The notes under the pieces are model-generated. The model saw only the letters and a program-made list of their open reading frames with translations, was not told where the DNA came from and did not search any database. A program made the position numbers and the translations under genes. A stretch of 64,000 bases of DNA. Source: Fimbriosthenelais zetlandica. Lineage: Eukaryota. Shown here one piece after another: positions 1-14,100 of this stretch. The stretch is from the NCBI GenBank assembly GCA_977030845.1, contig OZ365115.1, forward strand, positions 6,696,001 through 6,760,000. The letters run 5' to 3'. The number at the start of each line of letters is the position of its first letter. Position 1 is the first letter of the stretch.

Positions 1-2155
1 ATTTATGACATTTGCGCAGCCTCTGGGACAATTAATGGATTCTTGGTTTAAAATGAGACAAACTAAAACTATTTCTAATGAAGTGCAGTGCAATTTTTTT
101 CATTTTTTTTCCATTAACATGCTGTTAAGCAGAGGCTAAGAGTTTCATGTTAAAAGTAATGAGCGCTTTCACTGAAACCCCAAACCCATGTAACAGGACG
201 CACTTACACACGCATCCACACCTAAATGGAAAATGTTATCATTTTTTTCTACTCTTCCACAAAAGCCAGACAGACACATAATATCAACATCTTACACCTT
301 ACAGTAAGTCTGATAAGATTTGCGCACATGTATACCTAATATCACTATCACAAATATCTAAAGGTAAAGTAAATCACAAATTTACCTAAGCTGTAAAATA
401 ACCAGGAGGATTTTACACATCTTAAAACGACATTCATTCTCCAATCAACTTTAATGGTTTCCACTCATGACTTTCATACCAAACTAATAATGTAGTACAT
501 AGATGGGTCTAAATCTTAAATTTCCTAAATTCATGACATACAATTGCTTCATTCTTTCTTTTTACTTGCATTAATATAATACGATTATCAGAAAATTCAC
601 TTGAGGCATAGGTCAAACAATCTACATCTGTAAACCAACATACATTTATATACAAAAATGCCACCCATACTGCCTCACACGTTTCCATCTAAAGGGGAAA
701 ATATACAGGAGATCAAAGAGAAATGTCCTCAGAATTTACATGGCAAACTTGGTAGCTTTCATTAATGCATTTATAAACTTAACATAAGCGTAAAATATGT
801 GATTTTGAAGATCAAAACTTGAGTCAACCTCATCACATAGAACTCAATAATTAGCTACAATTCATAAGCTAACTTAAAGGGGAATGGATAGAAACATTTT
901 TTAAGGAAACTAGTTTTTCTCACTTGCCTACCCCAACTCAACACTGTAGCAAATATGTGGCGCATCACATTTATATACCATCTATACATACATCACCAAC
1001 CAAAAATTAAGTTTCTTAGCCTCACATAGCTTACAATCAAGTTTTCTTCAATTTTGAAAATTCCGTTCCTTTGCTCACGAATTCACTAGTAAGTCTAATA
1101 TGCCAAAAAAGGCAATTCTCTCTATAACAATTTAGTGCTTTAAGTGCAGGATATGATGTACAACATCACAACATTGAGCAAATAGATTGATCAATTATCC
1201 CGATGCCCCATTTAACCTATACAAAAATCATACACCCCTATCAGGCAGATAGCTTCCAAAGATGTCAACTCTATATTGGGACATCTCTTCTTTTTTCGAT
1301 TTTTCGATGTAAGTACAGATTGCTATATGGGATCAGCTTAATGAGGACATCATTTATGCAAGAACTAATTTATAAGCTGTCTTCTGCTAGATCTACATAA
1401 GCCAGGTGTATTGTTTTGCGAGCTTGATCTCGTATTCAGATCCAATTACACAGTGCTATTGTAATATTTAAATATAAAAGATCTTGCTGAACTGAACTAC
1501 AGATACAATCTGTAGCAGCGACATACAGGTCATTTTATAAATATTTACACCTGTAATGATGAGGGGTATCTACTATCTACTATCTAGAAACCAATAATAA
1601 AAGGTCATTCTCACATCTAGATCTTGTTCTTGGTAGCACATGGTCAGTATCGGTAAAGTTAATAAACAGGAGCTGGTGTGGGGACAAGTAGAAGTTTTGG
1701 TAGGCTTCCATCACTGACACCAGAACGAATCATTAATGTGGCCTTAATTAAACACAACTCCCACTTTCACACACAGTTATCTCATCCTTTATCGGGTTCG
1801 TTGTATCCTTAGTCGTTGCCAGACAATTTCCTTTTACAATTTTTTTGGGTTATCTTTTAGCTGGTTTATTTTTCTTTGTATCTTGGTACATACTGAAATC
1901 CCATGACTTGAGTATCCTTTAGTAAGTAGCAGTTGCATTGCATTTGCAACATTATCATTCACTCAGAAAATGATCATGTGATCAATGGCCAGAACCAATC
2001 ACCGACGTAGACACCAGTCACTGTACAGTCATGTAAGTCTCTTTTCCATTAAGTAAGTCCTAGTTTTTGGTCATTGAGCAATCACATGATCCGACCTGGC
2101 CAATCAGCGTACACCTGCCCAGCCCTCATTGCCCAGGAAGGAGAGAGGTCACTGA

Positions 2156-5100
2156 TCAGCTTTCTATGAGTCGGACACTGGGATCAAGGAAGGTAAGAAC
2201 CACCGCCGTTATAAAGAGTGCCACGAGAATCATGAAGCCTTCCGGCTGGCCTAGGAAGCTCCGGATAACCTGGAGACTGTGCTGCAAGAGCCCTGGCTTC
2301 CCTTCAGGGGCGGTGTCCTCCTACAGAAGACAAACAATGATAAGTTCAATGTGTGAGATGGAGGGGTTTGCAGGCTCATGGAGGAGGTGGGTGGTGGGCT
2401 TCCATGCTTCTAGTGGGAGGTCACTCAGGCAACTAATAAGTTGAAGGGACATGCAGTCATCCAGTCATTTCTTATGGCTAAATTTTACATTCTTGCAGTT
2501 GGTAAGGTGTGTCACACCAATACAGCAATGCACCAAAACTCATTCCCAACTCCTTTTGGTAAATTATTCAATATAATCAGCACACTACTTGAGAAATCCT
2601 CGCTACAAATACTAGGTCACTTTCTTTGCAGAACCAAGGTAAACGAAGTCACAACTGCATTCTCAATTTTTTAAAACTAACCTTCCATTTAGGAATCTAA
2701 AATGCTCCTATACTAAAAGACCATTAATTTTTTCTATCAAGGCCATCCGATATAACATGAAACTCTTAGCAGTTAGTAAAACAAAGCCTGGAAAATAGCA
2801 CACTATTTGCTGGCAAATAAAATTAGATTGCAAATACAAATGTATATTAATTAGGCATCATACTATTATTAGTTACCCATGCAAACTTTATGAATTAGTA
2901 GGGGTTACAGCGATAAAATTAATACTGAGTGAAGCTTAGTAAATGTTTGAGACTTACACTAATGATCCCTGATTGCTTCAGGTAGTTGACGAACGTGGGT
3001 TCTTCCTTTGTCAGAACAGGCAAGTACTCTCTCTGATACTTCCTCGTCCACCAGTCTTTAGAATGGTACCTGGAAAAGTTAGAAAAGCTGTTGGAACCGA
3101 AACAAGAATTGTCCCTAATAAGGAAACTAAGGAAGGTTCAAACTCGAGTAGAAAAATATCAAAATTTAATTGTTGGAATTATTTACTATCTGAATAGATG
3201 CAGCACTGCAGCAATGATTCCTAATGAAAATCAAAGTAGGCCAGGCAAAACATGACTTATCAGCAACCAAATCATCATAAAAGGCCTAAAGATGCAGATC
3301 AATAAAAAATCTGCTCTATAGGAAGCAGAGAATCAACATTTCTATGACTGATATCAGTGATAGAAATATAAAAATTCTATAACACTACAGTAAAAGCATC
3401 TGCAGAGTTCAGTGGTACAAAAACTTCTTTAAAGCAAAAGTACTTGTCCACTTTCAAATCATTGGTGGAATTCCAATGGAGCCATTGATGGAACTCTTCT
3501 TTGAAACATCGAAATGAAACATCTTTAAACCAACTGACATTTTTCAAATATCCTGCAACAGAAGGAAAGGAAGTACAAACCTTCCTCCAGCAATCCTGGA
3601 TCAAAAATAAAGATGTGAAAAATGAAAAGATATAACACTAAGAACTTTATAGAGATTGGTTTTGATTAACATTTCGTTAGATTAAGATGTGAAATATATT
3701 TCTTACCTAGGGTTGCTTTTACTGGAGGCAGTAAAGTGATAGTGATAGAGAGATGCTCGTATGTATTTCGGTGGTGCTTCAGGGAACGGATTCTCTCCCA
3801 TCAAGTCAAACACTGAAAGAAGAATATGCACTTGTCATTTTATAAACTGCGTTGTTTTAAATTTCAAAGGACGGACATGGAAGAGAGAGACAGAGGGAGG
3901 GGAGATGGAGATAGAAAGGGAGGGTGATAGAATGGGGTACGAAGGGCGACAGGGAGAGACAGAGACTGAGATAGACTGAAATAGAGTTTTTACCTACCTT
4001 CAGGTTGACCATCGAGGATTCGATAACAGAGGTTTAGGAACCACGGATTGTGCTGGTAGCTTCCAAGCGCAGCAAACCACATCTGCCAGTCCAGACGGGG
4101 CTGATGTGGTGCTGAAAAGGGGCAGAAGAGAAGGAAATGGTTTAGAAATATCTATAACTCCAGACATGACTAAAGGATTGTCGAAATTAATCATACCATG
4201 AATACTATTTAAAGAGTATATCAGTATTAATTCTACTAAATTTATATAATTACAGTGAGGCCTTTTCAGTTTATCAGCAATTACTTTGCACTGCTGTACA
4301 AGAAAGTTTTTGATTGTCTTGAAAGAAAATAAGAGAAGCAGCTTGAAGAACTATGAAGCACCTTACCAACAATACTGGGTTTCTCTGTGACATTGCCGGG
4401 TTTGTACATGAAGTTGTACTCCTTCCAGCCTCCATCCAAACTGTTACTTCCCTCAATGATCACTTCAGGTCTGCCCCCGACGCCGGTCATTCTAAAATCA
4501 TCATGTCATGTTATGGTATATTAGAATCAATATATTATATAATTTCGCTTCAAATTTGGAAGCCAGATTGACACTACAAGGTTAATTAATTACGATTAGA
4601 AATATTAGAAAACGGCACTTGGCTTAGATTGGAAATTCAAAAGTATGGTACAATATACTTGGTAGGGAGACATTGAGGCTACAGATATGTATACATGTAC
4701 AGTATGACAAACAAAGGCCCAAATTCAAATTGACCCGTTTCCAACGAGGTTTCACTAATTCAAAAAGCACCTAGATACCAAAAAGGTACTATAATAGCAA
4801 CCCTCTAACCACTCCTGCATTATCTTAGTACAATTACATGTAAGATTAGAATATAAATTTATAAATATTTCAATTAAGATTCACAGAAACCCAGAAAAGT
4901 AACATCAAGACACTTCTGTCAAAACACATAATTAGAATTGTAACAAGATTTTCAACTTTGGTCAGTTAAGAGAGGTTAGGATCTAATGGCTAAAGATGCA
5001 GGTTAAAGGTCTGAATTATACTGCCAGGGTGATTACATAAGACATTTTTATATCCATGATCTTTAATGTGTAGTTCCATTTTACACTCAAGAGAAATATC

Positions 5101-8100
5101 ATCACATATTCTGTGGACATCTGACAAAGAAGGTAATAGATTCCCCAGGATGTTTCTGTACTTCCCCATGAAATACAAAAAGAATTAATGCCAGAGGCAG
5201 TTGTGTATCCTAAGTTTATGGGGACCCATCCCAGGTTTGAATAAAAATGGTTTGAAAAAAATAAGGATAGGGGTTGGGGGGAAACTACCTCACCAAAGCA
5301 AATTCTACAAAAATCGACAATTAAGCTATAATAAAAAAAAAATAGCCTTAATTATTGCTGACTGCAATCACACTGGCAGCATGCTAGACCAAATTGAAAT
5401 TACATGCAAATTCAAAGTCTCTCCCAGTGTCTTTAGCACAAAGATGGAAGACTACCCGCTGTAGACCGGGCTGCTTGCCTTACCTACGGAAAAGCCCGTA
5501 GGAGCCGGTGAGGACTAGTTTGTCCACTTTTCCATGTAAACCGTGAATGCTCGGCCACAAATTACGGTGGGCATTCTCCTCTATAACAGTGTGCTCAACC
5601 TGTGGGAAACAAGATCAATCGGAATCTGGGTCAAGGTTGGATCAACCAAGGTCAAATCCCGATGCAGCTGCTTTAAAAAGTCTTAAAAAAATTGGTCATA
5701 ACACATCGTGTATGAATACACGAGACGTCACATGCTTTATAGTATGGGGTAGGGTGCAAAAAGGCAAAAAGATAGTCCCTTTTTCATAAAGATGAAAAAT
5801 ACCAAAGATTAGACTTCAAAGAGAAAGTAGAGGACTTTCAAAGGTAAAAATTGATTGTATTTGTAGTTGGTAGTGTGTCACGAGGGGGGCAATACCTCAA
5901 GTTCAAACCAGCAGCAACTATTCCTTGGTTAATCAAGTTTTGGAAGAATAAATCTTATTCTGAGGAAATACCATCTTTTTAAAGATTTATACACCAACTT
6001 TCACATATGAGTTGCACCAAGTCAGTTACGTTTCCAAGGAATATTTGCCATGAGAAATTAATTTAATATAATGTAAATAATTTCAACTGTCATTCGACAA
6101 CGTGATATATTCTGATATTCATGTAGGATGATGTAATATGTGATACTGATTGCGAACAAATTTGAATGTGTTACAGATTTAGTATCCAAGTTAGGTCTGA
6201 GCTTGGTCTACCAATGTCTGATCTCTTGTAAATTATGTCATATGATATGAATATCAGAATACATTTATCACAACAAAACAGCGCAAATCACCCAAACTCC
6301 AAAGATGGGGAAAATTTGTGTGAGAGTGAAAGGGAAAAAATTGGAAAAATGAGGGATCAGTCAAAGTATTTTGCTTAGACCAACTGGCTGTGTATACCTC
6401 CTAAAGAGTCCATATGCGCTTGTCAACCGGACTGGTCGTCCGTATGAATGAAGCCGGCGAGCGTAGGATGGAATCATGGAGCTAGCACTTTTGTCTACCT
6501 GAACATGGGGAATCTGCAGGGCAAGGACACATGGTGTCACAGAGTGTGTGCAAATAGAGAAAGATTTTTAATCCTACGGATTATAAAGAGGAATACAGCA
6601 AAAAAGCTTGTCTGGCTTTTTTGACTTAACTTAATAAATATTGATACATGATCTAAAGGAGGGATTCTGAGGTTCTAGAAGAGTAGGTGGGGTTCCTTAT
6701 GAAACTAATATTTAATAGTAAAAATGCTAGCAAATGTGAGATTGACATCCAATCGTTCTGTTACATTCGAATATAAGGATGTTTTTATTACCACAGTTTG
6801 CTTTCTCTTGTGTGGGAATTTTGATGAATTTTATTTCAAAATATCAAATGAAAACTTGAGGGATTAGCTTACTTCTGAGGGTCTTAAGAAGCCTAATAAC
6901 AGGGCTTAAGTTAATATAAATTTCGGATCCATCCCCAGCATCAGATATTCAGGAGAGATGACTCTCTCAGTGAAGCTAATGTGTTAGCGTCATTTATTAA
7001 GTATGCAATATAAGTCTTTGGTTAAAGTGTGAGAACTGTCTGCGCAGCAAAGTGTATGTATCCGGCCAGCAACCTAGAGGAAGTTTGAGCTCAATTCCAC
7101 ATTAATCTCTACAAATTTCTCTGCCTGCATCTTACAGATTCTATAGATATGAAGTAGAACCTCATCTTAAGTAAAAATGATCGAAGTTAAGTTCTCTTCA
7201 GTTTATTAGAATAACAGAGCTCATTCCTCCTTTGAGGGTTGGTGAAACGTGAAAAAAGCTCAAGTAACACACCAGAAACACAGAAAGGTAGTGCGTGATA
7301 GAACTTTATGAGCAAAGGGAGATATCAGTAGCTGGGAGAAATTCCAGGGTTAAAACTACTTCCATAAGCTCAAGTGATTATAAAAAATGTTAAAAAGGAA
7401 GTCTCATTTGGGGATATTTCTTTCGGAAGAACCAGAAGGTAAAGGGGCTATGTGTTTGAAAGAATGATAATTTTTGAACGATGAGAAAAAAAATCATGGG
7501 CAATAGGGGACTACACTGACCAATGTAAGAGAGAGTTCATACATTGCAAATCAATAGATATGAGACGTTTAGCTTGATATTAATTTCTTACGTAATATAA
7601 ATATAGATGCAGTTCAGTGCAATGGCTAGACGTATACAATCATGCTATTGTCTTATCCATCAATATTTTACGGAAATTAAGTTTTCATTCAAGAGATAAG
7701 AAGCTAATGCCATTTCCATAACAAGTCATACTGCTTATTTGAGAGAAGTAGAGTGGGGAGGCATGTCTATGTATACATTCATGGAACGAAGCCATTTTTT
7801 AATATAAAATGAAAGGAAATGAAAACTTACCAGACTGATGGAGAACATGGCCACTGCAATCGCTCCGAACACCAGCGTGCCAGACGTACCTGTCACTTTT
7901 TTGACCATTCCACGCTCCTTAACCAGGGCTCTGAAACAATACCTCTGGTTAGAAATTCATCCGAATTACAAAATGACTTCAAACTTAACATGAAAACATA
8001 ATAATATTATGGACTTACTTAAGGAGCGACCTAACCATTTCCCACCCGAGTGACAAAGCTCCCATCCATATTGTAATGGGTACAGACAGCTGCAGGAACC

Positions 8101-11100
8101 TGTTGAATTCTTCTGGAGTAAAGGCTGAAAAATTAACAATTAATTCTTAAATCAATCCTAAAATCCCAACTTCACCAGAACAAGCCTAACATCCAATTGT
8201 GTTTGTTTAGATTTTGGTTAAATTTTACCATTAATTCGAAACAGAGATTGGGGAAAAAATTATTTAAGCATAGCTATTTTTCTCACCAACTTTACTCTCT
8301 ATTCTGAATGGGTTGAGGGCCACACGCATGGTGAAGTAGCGGATGGCCAGGTAGGCCAGGCCACCATACACCACGAGGTGAAGGCCGAGTCTTATAAACC
8401 GCCAGAACGGTCCAATCACCGGCAGCTTCTCCGCCTCATCCTCACTTGCTGAAAAAGTAGACACCATTTCCATCATTATCATATCATCACCCAATGCTGG
8501 ATGTATGCTGTTAATAGTGGCCAATGGTTGATAATTGATATGCCGCGAATGTAATATTAATAATATTCTTGGCAACTATCATAATTATTTTTACTTCAAG
8601 TTCTATATATAATTATATTGATTATAGCTCAATAATTTGTCAGAACTAGCAGCATACATTTAAAAAATCATTAAAATCGTTAAGAAAATGAAGGATTAAG
8701 GACCATGAAGCCTCACGTTTTTGTCGTTTTCCCATACAGCTACGGAGGAAGTTATCATCGAGCAGGCTTATACAAAGAGTGACAGTCAGAAGGTTAAAGT
8801 AGTTGTAGTTTCCAGTCAAAATAATCAGCACCTGTAGCAGCAACTGTAAAGACACAAATTGTAGATTTGTAAAAAATATCTTGACTTTACATTCTAATCA
8901 ATCTTAAAACACTGCCTGATTTTCATCCAGTGATCACACGACCAATTATAATATTCCAAATACTCAGGGATCTGTCTATGGCATATGTCGTGTCTCATTA
9001 TGAAGGCCACTTGTCAAATTGAGAAACTTTTATTATGTTTAGGAAATTCTCCAAAATGTTTCAGACTAAAGGAGTACAAATGTACTTTAAGATCGGATGT
9101 AAATATAACCTAGGTTAGAACTCTATAGCTCTAGTATTTATGCTGGATTAAGGCCTTAGACTGACCATTAATGGGTGGGGTGTACTCAGAGATCAAATCG
9201 TAGTTACACAGAACCTGCACTGACCACACCACAGGTCAGTCAGTGGTCAAACTATGAGGGAATGACCAGACCATTCCTCCTTTACCTGTATGGAACTCCC
9301 CAATAATGGATTTGATTTTCAAAACATTGTACCCCAGTGATGTCAATTTATCATGGATTTTCATGTGCCTGCACATCATGGAATAGATAATAATGTGGAA
9401 CTAACGATTGAACAATATTTTCTTTTTTTAAATATTGCGGGCAAGTATATTCTGAAGGAATCTTAAGAGGTGAAGAAAGGCCAACACCCATTGAACTAAA
9501 TCAACTTATAATAAAAACGTTTGATTGATCACTTTGTCAGACTACTCAACCATAAAAGATCAAAGTTCGCATGTTGGATCCTCGCTTAACACCTCAACAC
9601 AAAAGCACTGTCAGAGACGGGGAATTAATCAACGCTAACGTGGATAACAAACGCTAATGACAAACAAGGAACAAACATGAACTTGTACCTCGTCTGTTTG
9701 AGTTGCTACAGACTCAAGTACTTTGGTATCTAAGATCCAAAGAAATGTTACATAAATGTGCTCCTAATTATACCAATAGTAGGTTCTTATTAACAATCTG
9801 TTTCTGGCACTAAATTGATGGTTAGATTTTAGCCATAGCTGGAAAAGAACCTGAGCCATTAGGACTGGACACCTTTCTGTGTCCAAATACATTGGAATAC
9901 CTAAGTTCAGTATACGTTTTTTTAAAGTTAGGCCAGAATTGGATGAGAAACTTAAACAATATGTAAGTACAAATATAATTTTCTCTTTAAATATTTTAGG
10001 TATCGACACTTAGCAATGGGGCAGGCTTGATTAATGTCCTAATACTTGATAGGAATCGCTAAAAATGAAAACATTAAAAAGATTCCATCCATGCCAGTGG
10101 AATAAAGGTGATGTCTTAGTCTAAATCCCAATTTTTGGCTAAGGTCGGCTACTAAAGCCCTCTAGCTTAACTTAAACCTGAAGGAGATGTAGATGGGGGA
10201 ATCTCAAGCCATGAAGGCACTTAGCAGGCATAGTAAGGGTAACTGGTCAAGGGTTAGGGGTTATATGAGGCTAAAATGAAGTATTAAATTACTTAATAAG
10301 GCACTCCTGACATCTGACATGTGCCAAAGAATTATTGACAAAACTTTCGCAAGGTGTGAAGGCAAGGGAAAGGTGTGAGATGTATCATTTCATACTGAGT
10401 GATGCTCGGAGGTGATAGAGTACTCGTCACCAGAAGCTTTCATACAGGACTAGCATAGAGGTGTCAAGGATGCCAAGGTATGTCAAGGAGAAACAGGTGT
10501 GAAAGCATTAGTGCAAATCAAGGATATATATCCCAAGCTATGGTAAAGTAGTAATCAGTTACAACAAATACAACCATGGCGCGGGTAAGACAATTTTCGA
10601 TATTGGCATAGGCCATCAATTATTAATTATATCTTAACAATTTTTTTCAAAAGGCCTTCCGAAATGGGAAGTGACTGTGAAAATTATTATTTTTAATTAT
10701 ATTATAGATTATAACTTCTAAGATTAATTTAAGTTTTACCCTGGTATTCATTGATACGTCTAAATAGTTTCTCCCACCCATTCATATATCCATGAATCAA
10801 TTATTTATATTATATAGTACGACAGTAAGACAATTGTTCATGCATAATTTTGTCCACTCATAGTATAATTCCATGAAAACATTTTTTCAATTTGAAATAC
10901 ATTTTGAAGAAAAGTCTTCCAGTATATTGCCACAAGCAAGGACATGTCACTTGAAGATTATGTTCCACTATGTTTCAGTTTGTATAGAGCAGCCTGTTAT
11001 TGATAAATACCTATTGTTACACTATAAATTGGCCACTCTATGAGTGGTCTCAAGTACAGAGCTGTTCTTAGCAACATGCCTTTACACACGCCACACAGCA

Positions 11101-14100
11101 CACACTATTATCATAAAGTTATACCCACGGCTCGGTAATAGACTTAGCGCTCAAACAGAGGATAAGCCTTAATCCTTGTAACTTAGAGTCATTTTACTCT
11201 AAGTTGTAACTTATATGGCTTAGAGGAATATCTACATTACATACTGGGTCTTATATTCAAGGGAGGAAAGGTAAGGTACATTCCAATCTTGACACACAAA
11301 TCGGCGTCTGAAATTGTTTCATACATATAAGATCAATATTTAAAATTGCTCGGTATTACTGATTTGTCATTAATGGAGTGCTCATCTGCTTGGTGGAACC
11401 AGGACTTCGCTAGACATTTTTGTCTATTATAAATGTGCCAGGTCTGACCTGGAAGGGTTTCACTGTTTGAATGCCTCTATGTCTGTAGGTCTTGGCTAAG
11501 GTTATCTGCACACACACAGAGGGGAGGGATGGACCACCTGTGAACTTTAAGCAGAGCAGCTCCCTCTCAGCAGCCCACCCTTAAACCCTTCTGTTTGCCT
11601 ACACCATGGCAACCGGTCGCTATGGGAACAGACTTGGCTAGTGCCCAGTCATAAGTTATATCCTTGAGTTAGTGCAACAGTTGACTTTCACTGTCAGTTC
11701 TAGACTTATTGATATGGATATTATATACATTCTATGATATATACCACGCCCTATCTCACCCAATAGAGACAGGTCAACCAGGGTCCGATTGAATTATTGA
11801 CCTGCTGAAGGCAATTGGTTCAACCCGAAAATTTCAAAAAGTCCATTGATTTAAATGGAAAATATGGCTGGACTGCTGACCACAGGTCAAATGAAATGAA
11901 TAGTCTTCTCACAAACCCCATTTAAAATTCAAAATCCTGAAAAATGTCCTCTTGGATGATATTTTGGGGACAGGTTCTTGCAAGTCTTATTTTGGTGTAG
12001 CTCCAAGGTTGGGAGGGATAGGATGTGTTTACTGTGGGCCCTGCAGCAAAAAGGTATACACCGACCTGACTTGATTCTTTTTAGTCTTTTATCCAAGATG
12101 GTTTACTCCCTGATACTATTACTGACTGCATCTCCAGTGAACATATTTGAAAATTTCCTCAGCCTTTCCTTGATCGAGGAATATAAATGTCTAATATCAT
12201 TCACATTCTTGCCCCTCTCCACCAGCCTGAATACATGTTGGTGCTGCATACAGAAAGATATATATTTAGAGTATCTTAGGGCAATGTTTTTGCCTCAAAA
12301 TGCACCAAGGGAACGAAGGCCCTCAGTGATATAATGCAAGATAGCCTAAGAGTAACCAAACAATGTATGTAAGGAATGGTAAGATAGTTTACCATCATAA
12401 TCTCTACATACCGAGTACTCACATTTAGAGCGGGAGTTCACCTATACTTTACGGTGAGAAGTATTGGTAGACTGGCCTTGAGATATAAACATTGAATCGG
12501 CCTGACTCTCAGACCTCTCCTGAGAGCCGATATCTCAGGAATGTTTAACATTCACTGACAAGATCTCAAAGGAAAAATACCTTCAGACAAGAGAAATAAA
12601 TTTTCAATTTCTCCATTCATTTGGCTAAAGGCTGCCGTCTCAAAGCAGAGGTTAGATTTTCTGATGATAGCTTGATCGCAAAAACATGTTGCAAATATAA
12701 GAATATATAACAACAAACGAAGAGATCAGAACTAGTAAATGCTACTTTTCAATGCATCTTCAATTCATTCCCTGCAAAGCCCAGCATATTTTGATTATCT
12801 GTGAGATAAAGGCTGTTTCTTCTACCATATTTATTACATAAACAGAAGGTAATCTCACTATACGTGGGTGAGAGGACATGGCAAAATAATCTGGGTCCAT
12901 AGGACAAATATTAGAGAGGCAGAAAACAAGTGAGGCTAGCATGTAAAGAGTGGGATGTTATCAGAAATAACTAGCATCAAATGTAGCACAGAACATTACT
13001 CCTGATACTAAAGATGGCCACGATGGCCGAGGGGTAGAATACATGAGAAATGATGGATAGAAGTGGAACTGAGGTCATGCTCCATGAGGTGCCAGAGAAG
13101 AAAGTTCATAGAAAAATTATTTGTTCGACACTCAGTGTATAGGAACATAGCGTCTACTACTTTGCTGAATTCGGACAGAAATTCTCAAATTTAACCACAT
13201 TTAACTCAATTCTGAACGTTCCACTTCTGGTTAGAGGTACTATCTCATATTTCAAATGACACATATAATTATGGAGACTATTTAGGAACGTGAATAAATA
13301 ATTATAATGCCCAATTCTATCTTTCACATATAAAGGAGAAACCGAACAAATGTTTGGCTTAGTCTGAATGGGGGAGGTTTTTTTAATCTGGGTGTTATTA
13401 TTTAATACCTATTAATAAGGTTCAACCACCAGCTACACGGACTTAATACTTCTATAGGGAGTGACCAATACTTGCCAGGTAACTAAGCAGGGTCGTATTA
13501 AGAGTTTATAAAGGCCTTCTGTACAATATACAACAAAATAAAATCTAGTTCATTCCCAATTCCTGTAGTGGATCCTCCAGCTTTGAAACTCTACTGGATT
13601 TACCCACTAACAATGGATATTTTTGGAAGAAATTACACAAGAAAAGATTGACAGTATATATAGTGATCAATGAGAAATTTCCCGATTGGAGATAGTTGGA
13701 GAATGGAAGTTAACAGTGAATATGTAGTGGTGTACTACAAAGGCTTGTGAAAGACAAGTTGTTTTAGCTCACTCATCACACACACTAACAAGCCTATACC
13801 TCACCCAGGAGAAACTTAAACCCTGGAATCACTGTGCTTAGTTGTTGTTTTTTTGAAATGACAAAATTCATTACCAAACTCTGGATTACATCCCTATATC
13901 CATCAGAAACTGACATTTAAATTTCGTACTAGAAAGACCATGTCTTCTGAGAATAAAAATTGAAAGAATGATATAAAGATACGGAGTGAGAATTGTGATT
14001 GAACAACAGTGGATCTAGTCTATATTCTAAGGGCAAAATGGAGGAACATAGTATACAGAGTGAAACAGAGGTGCAGGAGACTGGAGGAGATAAGGTAAAC

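Noticed and set aside
2067-2444. 125-aa plus-strand ORF, and similar ORFs at 17558-19654 (-), 38039-40515 (-), 41893-42165 (+), 63187-63483 (-)
   Set aside because: Antisense shadows of real exons (LMF2 last exon, Roco, proline-rich gene, mucin, Ras-like gene); no independent motifs.
9573-9597. TCCTCGC loop resembling an HDV-like ribozyme L3
   Set aside because: No complete P1, no GG for P1.1, and no P4/J4-2 elements.
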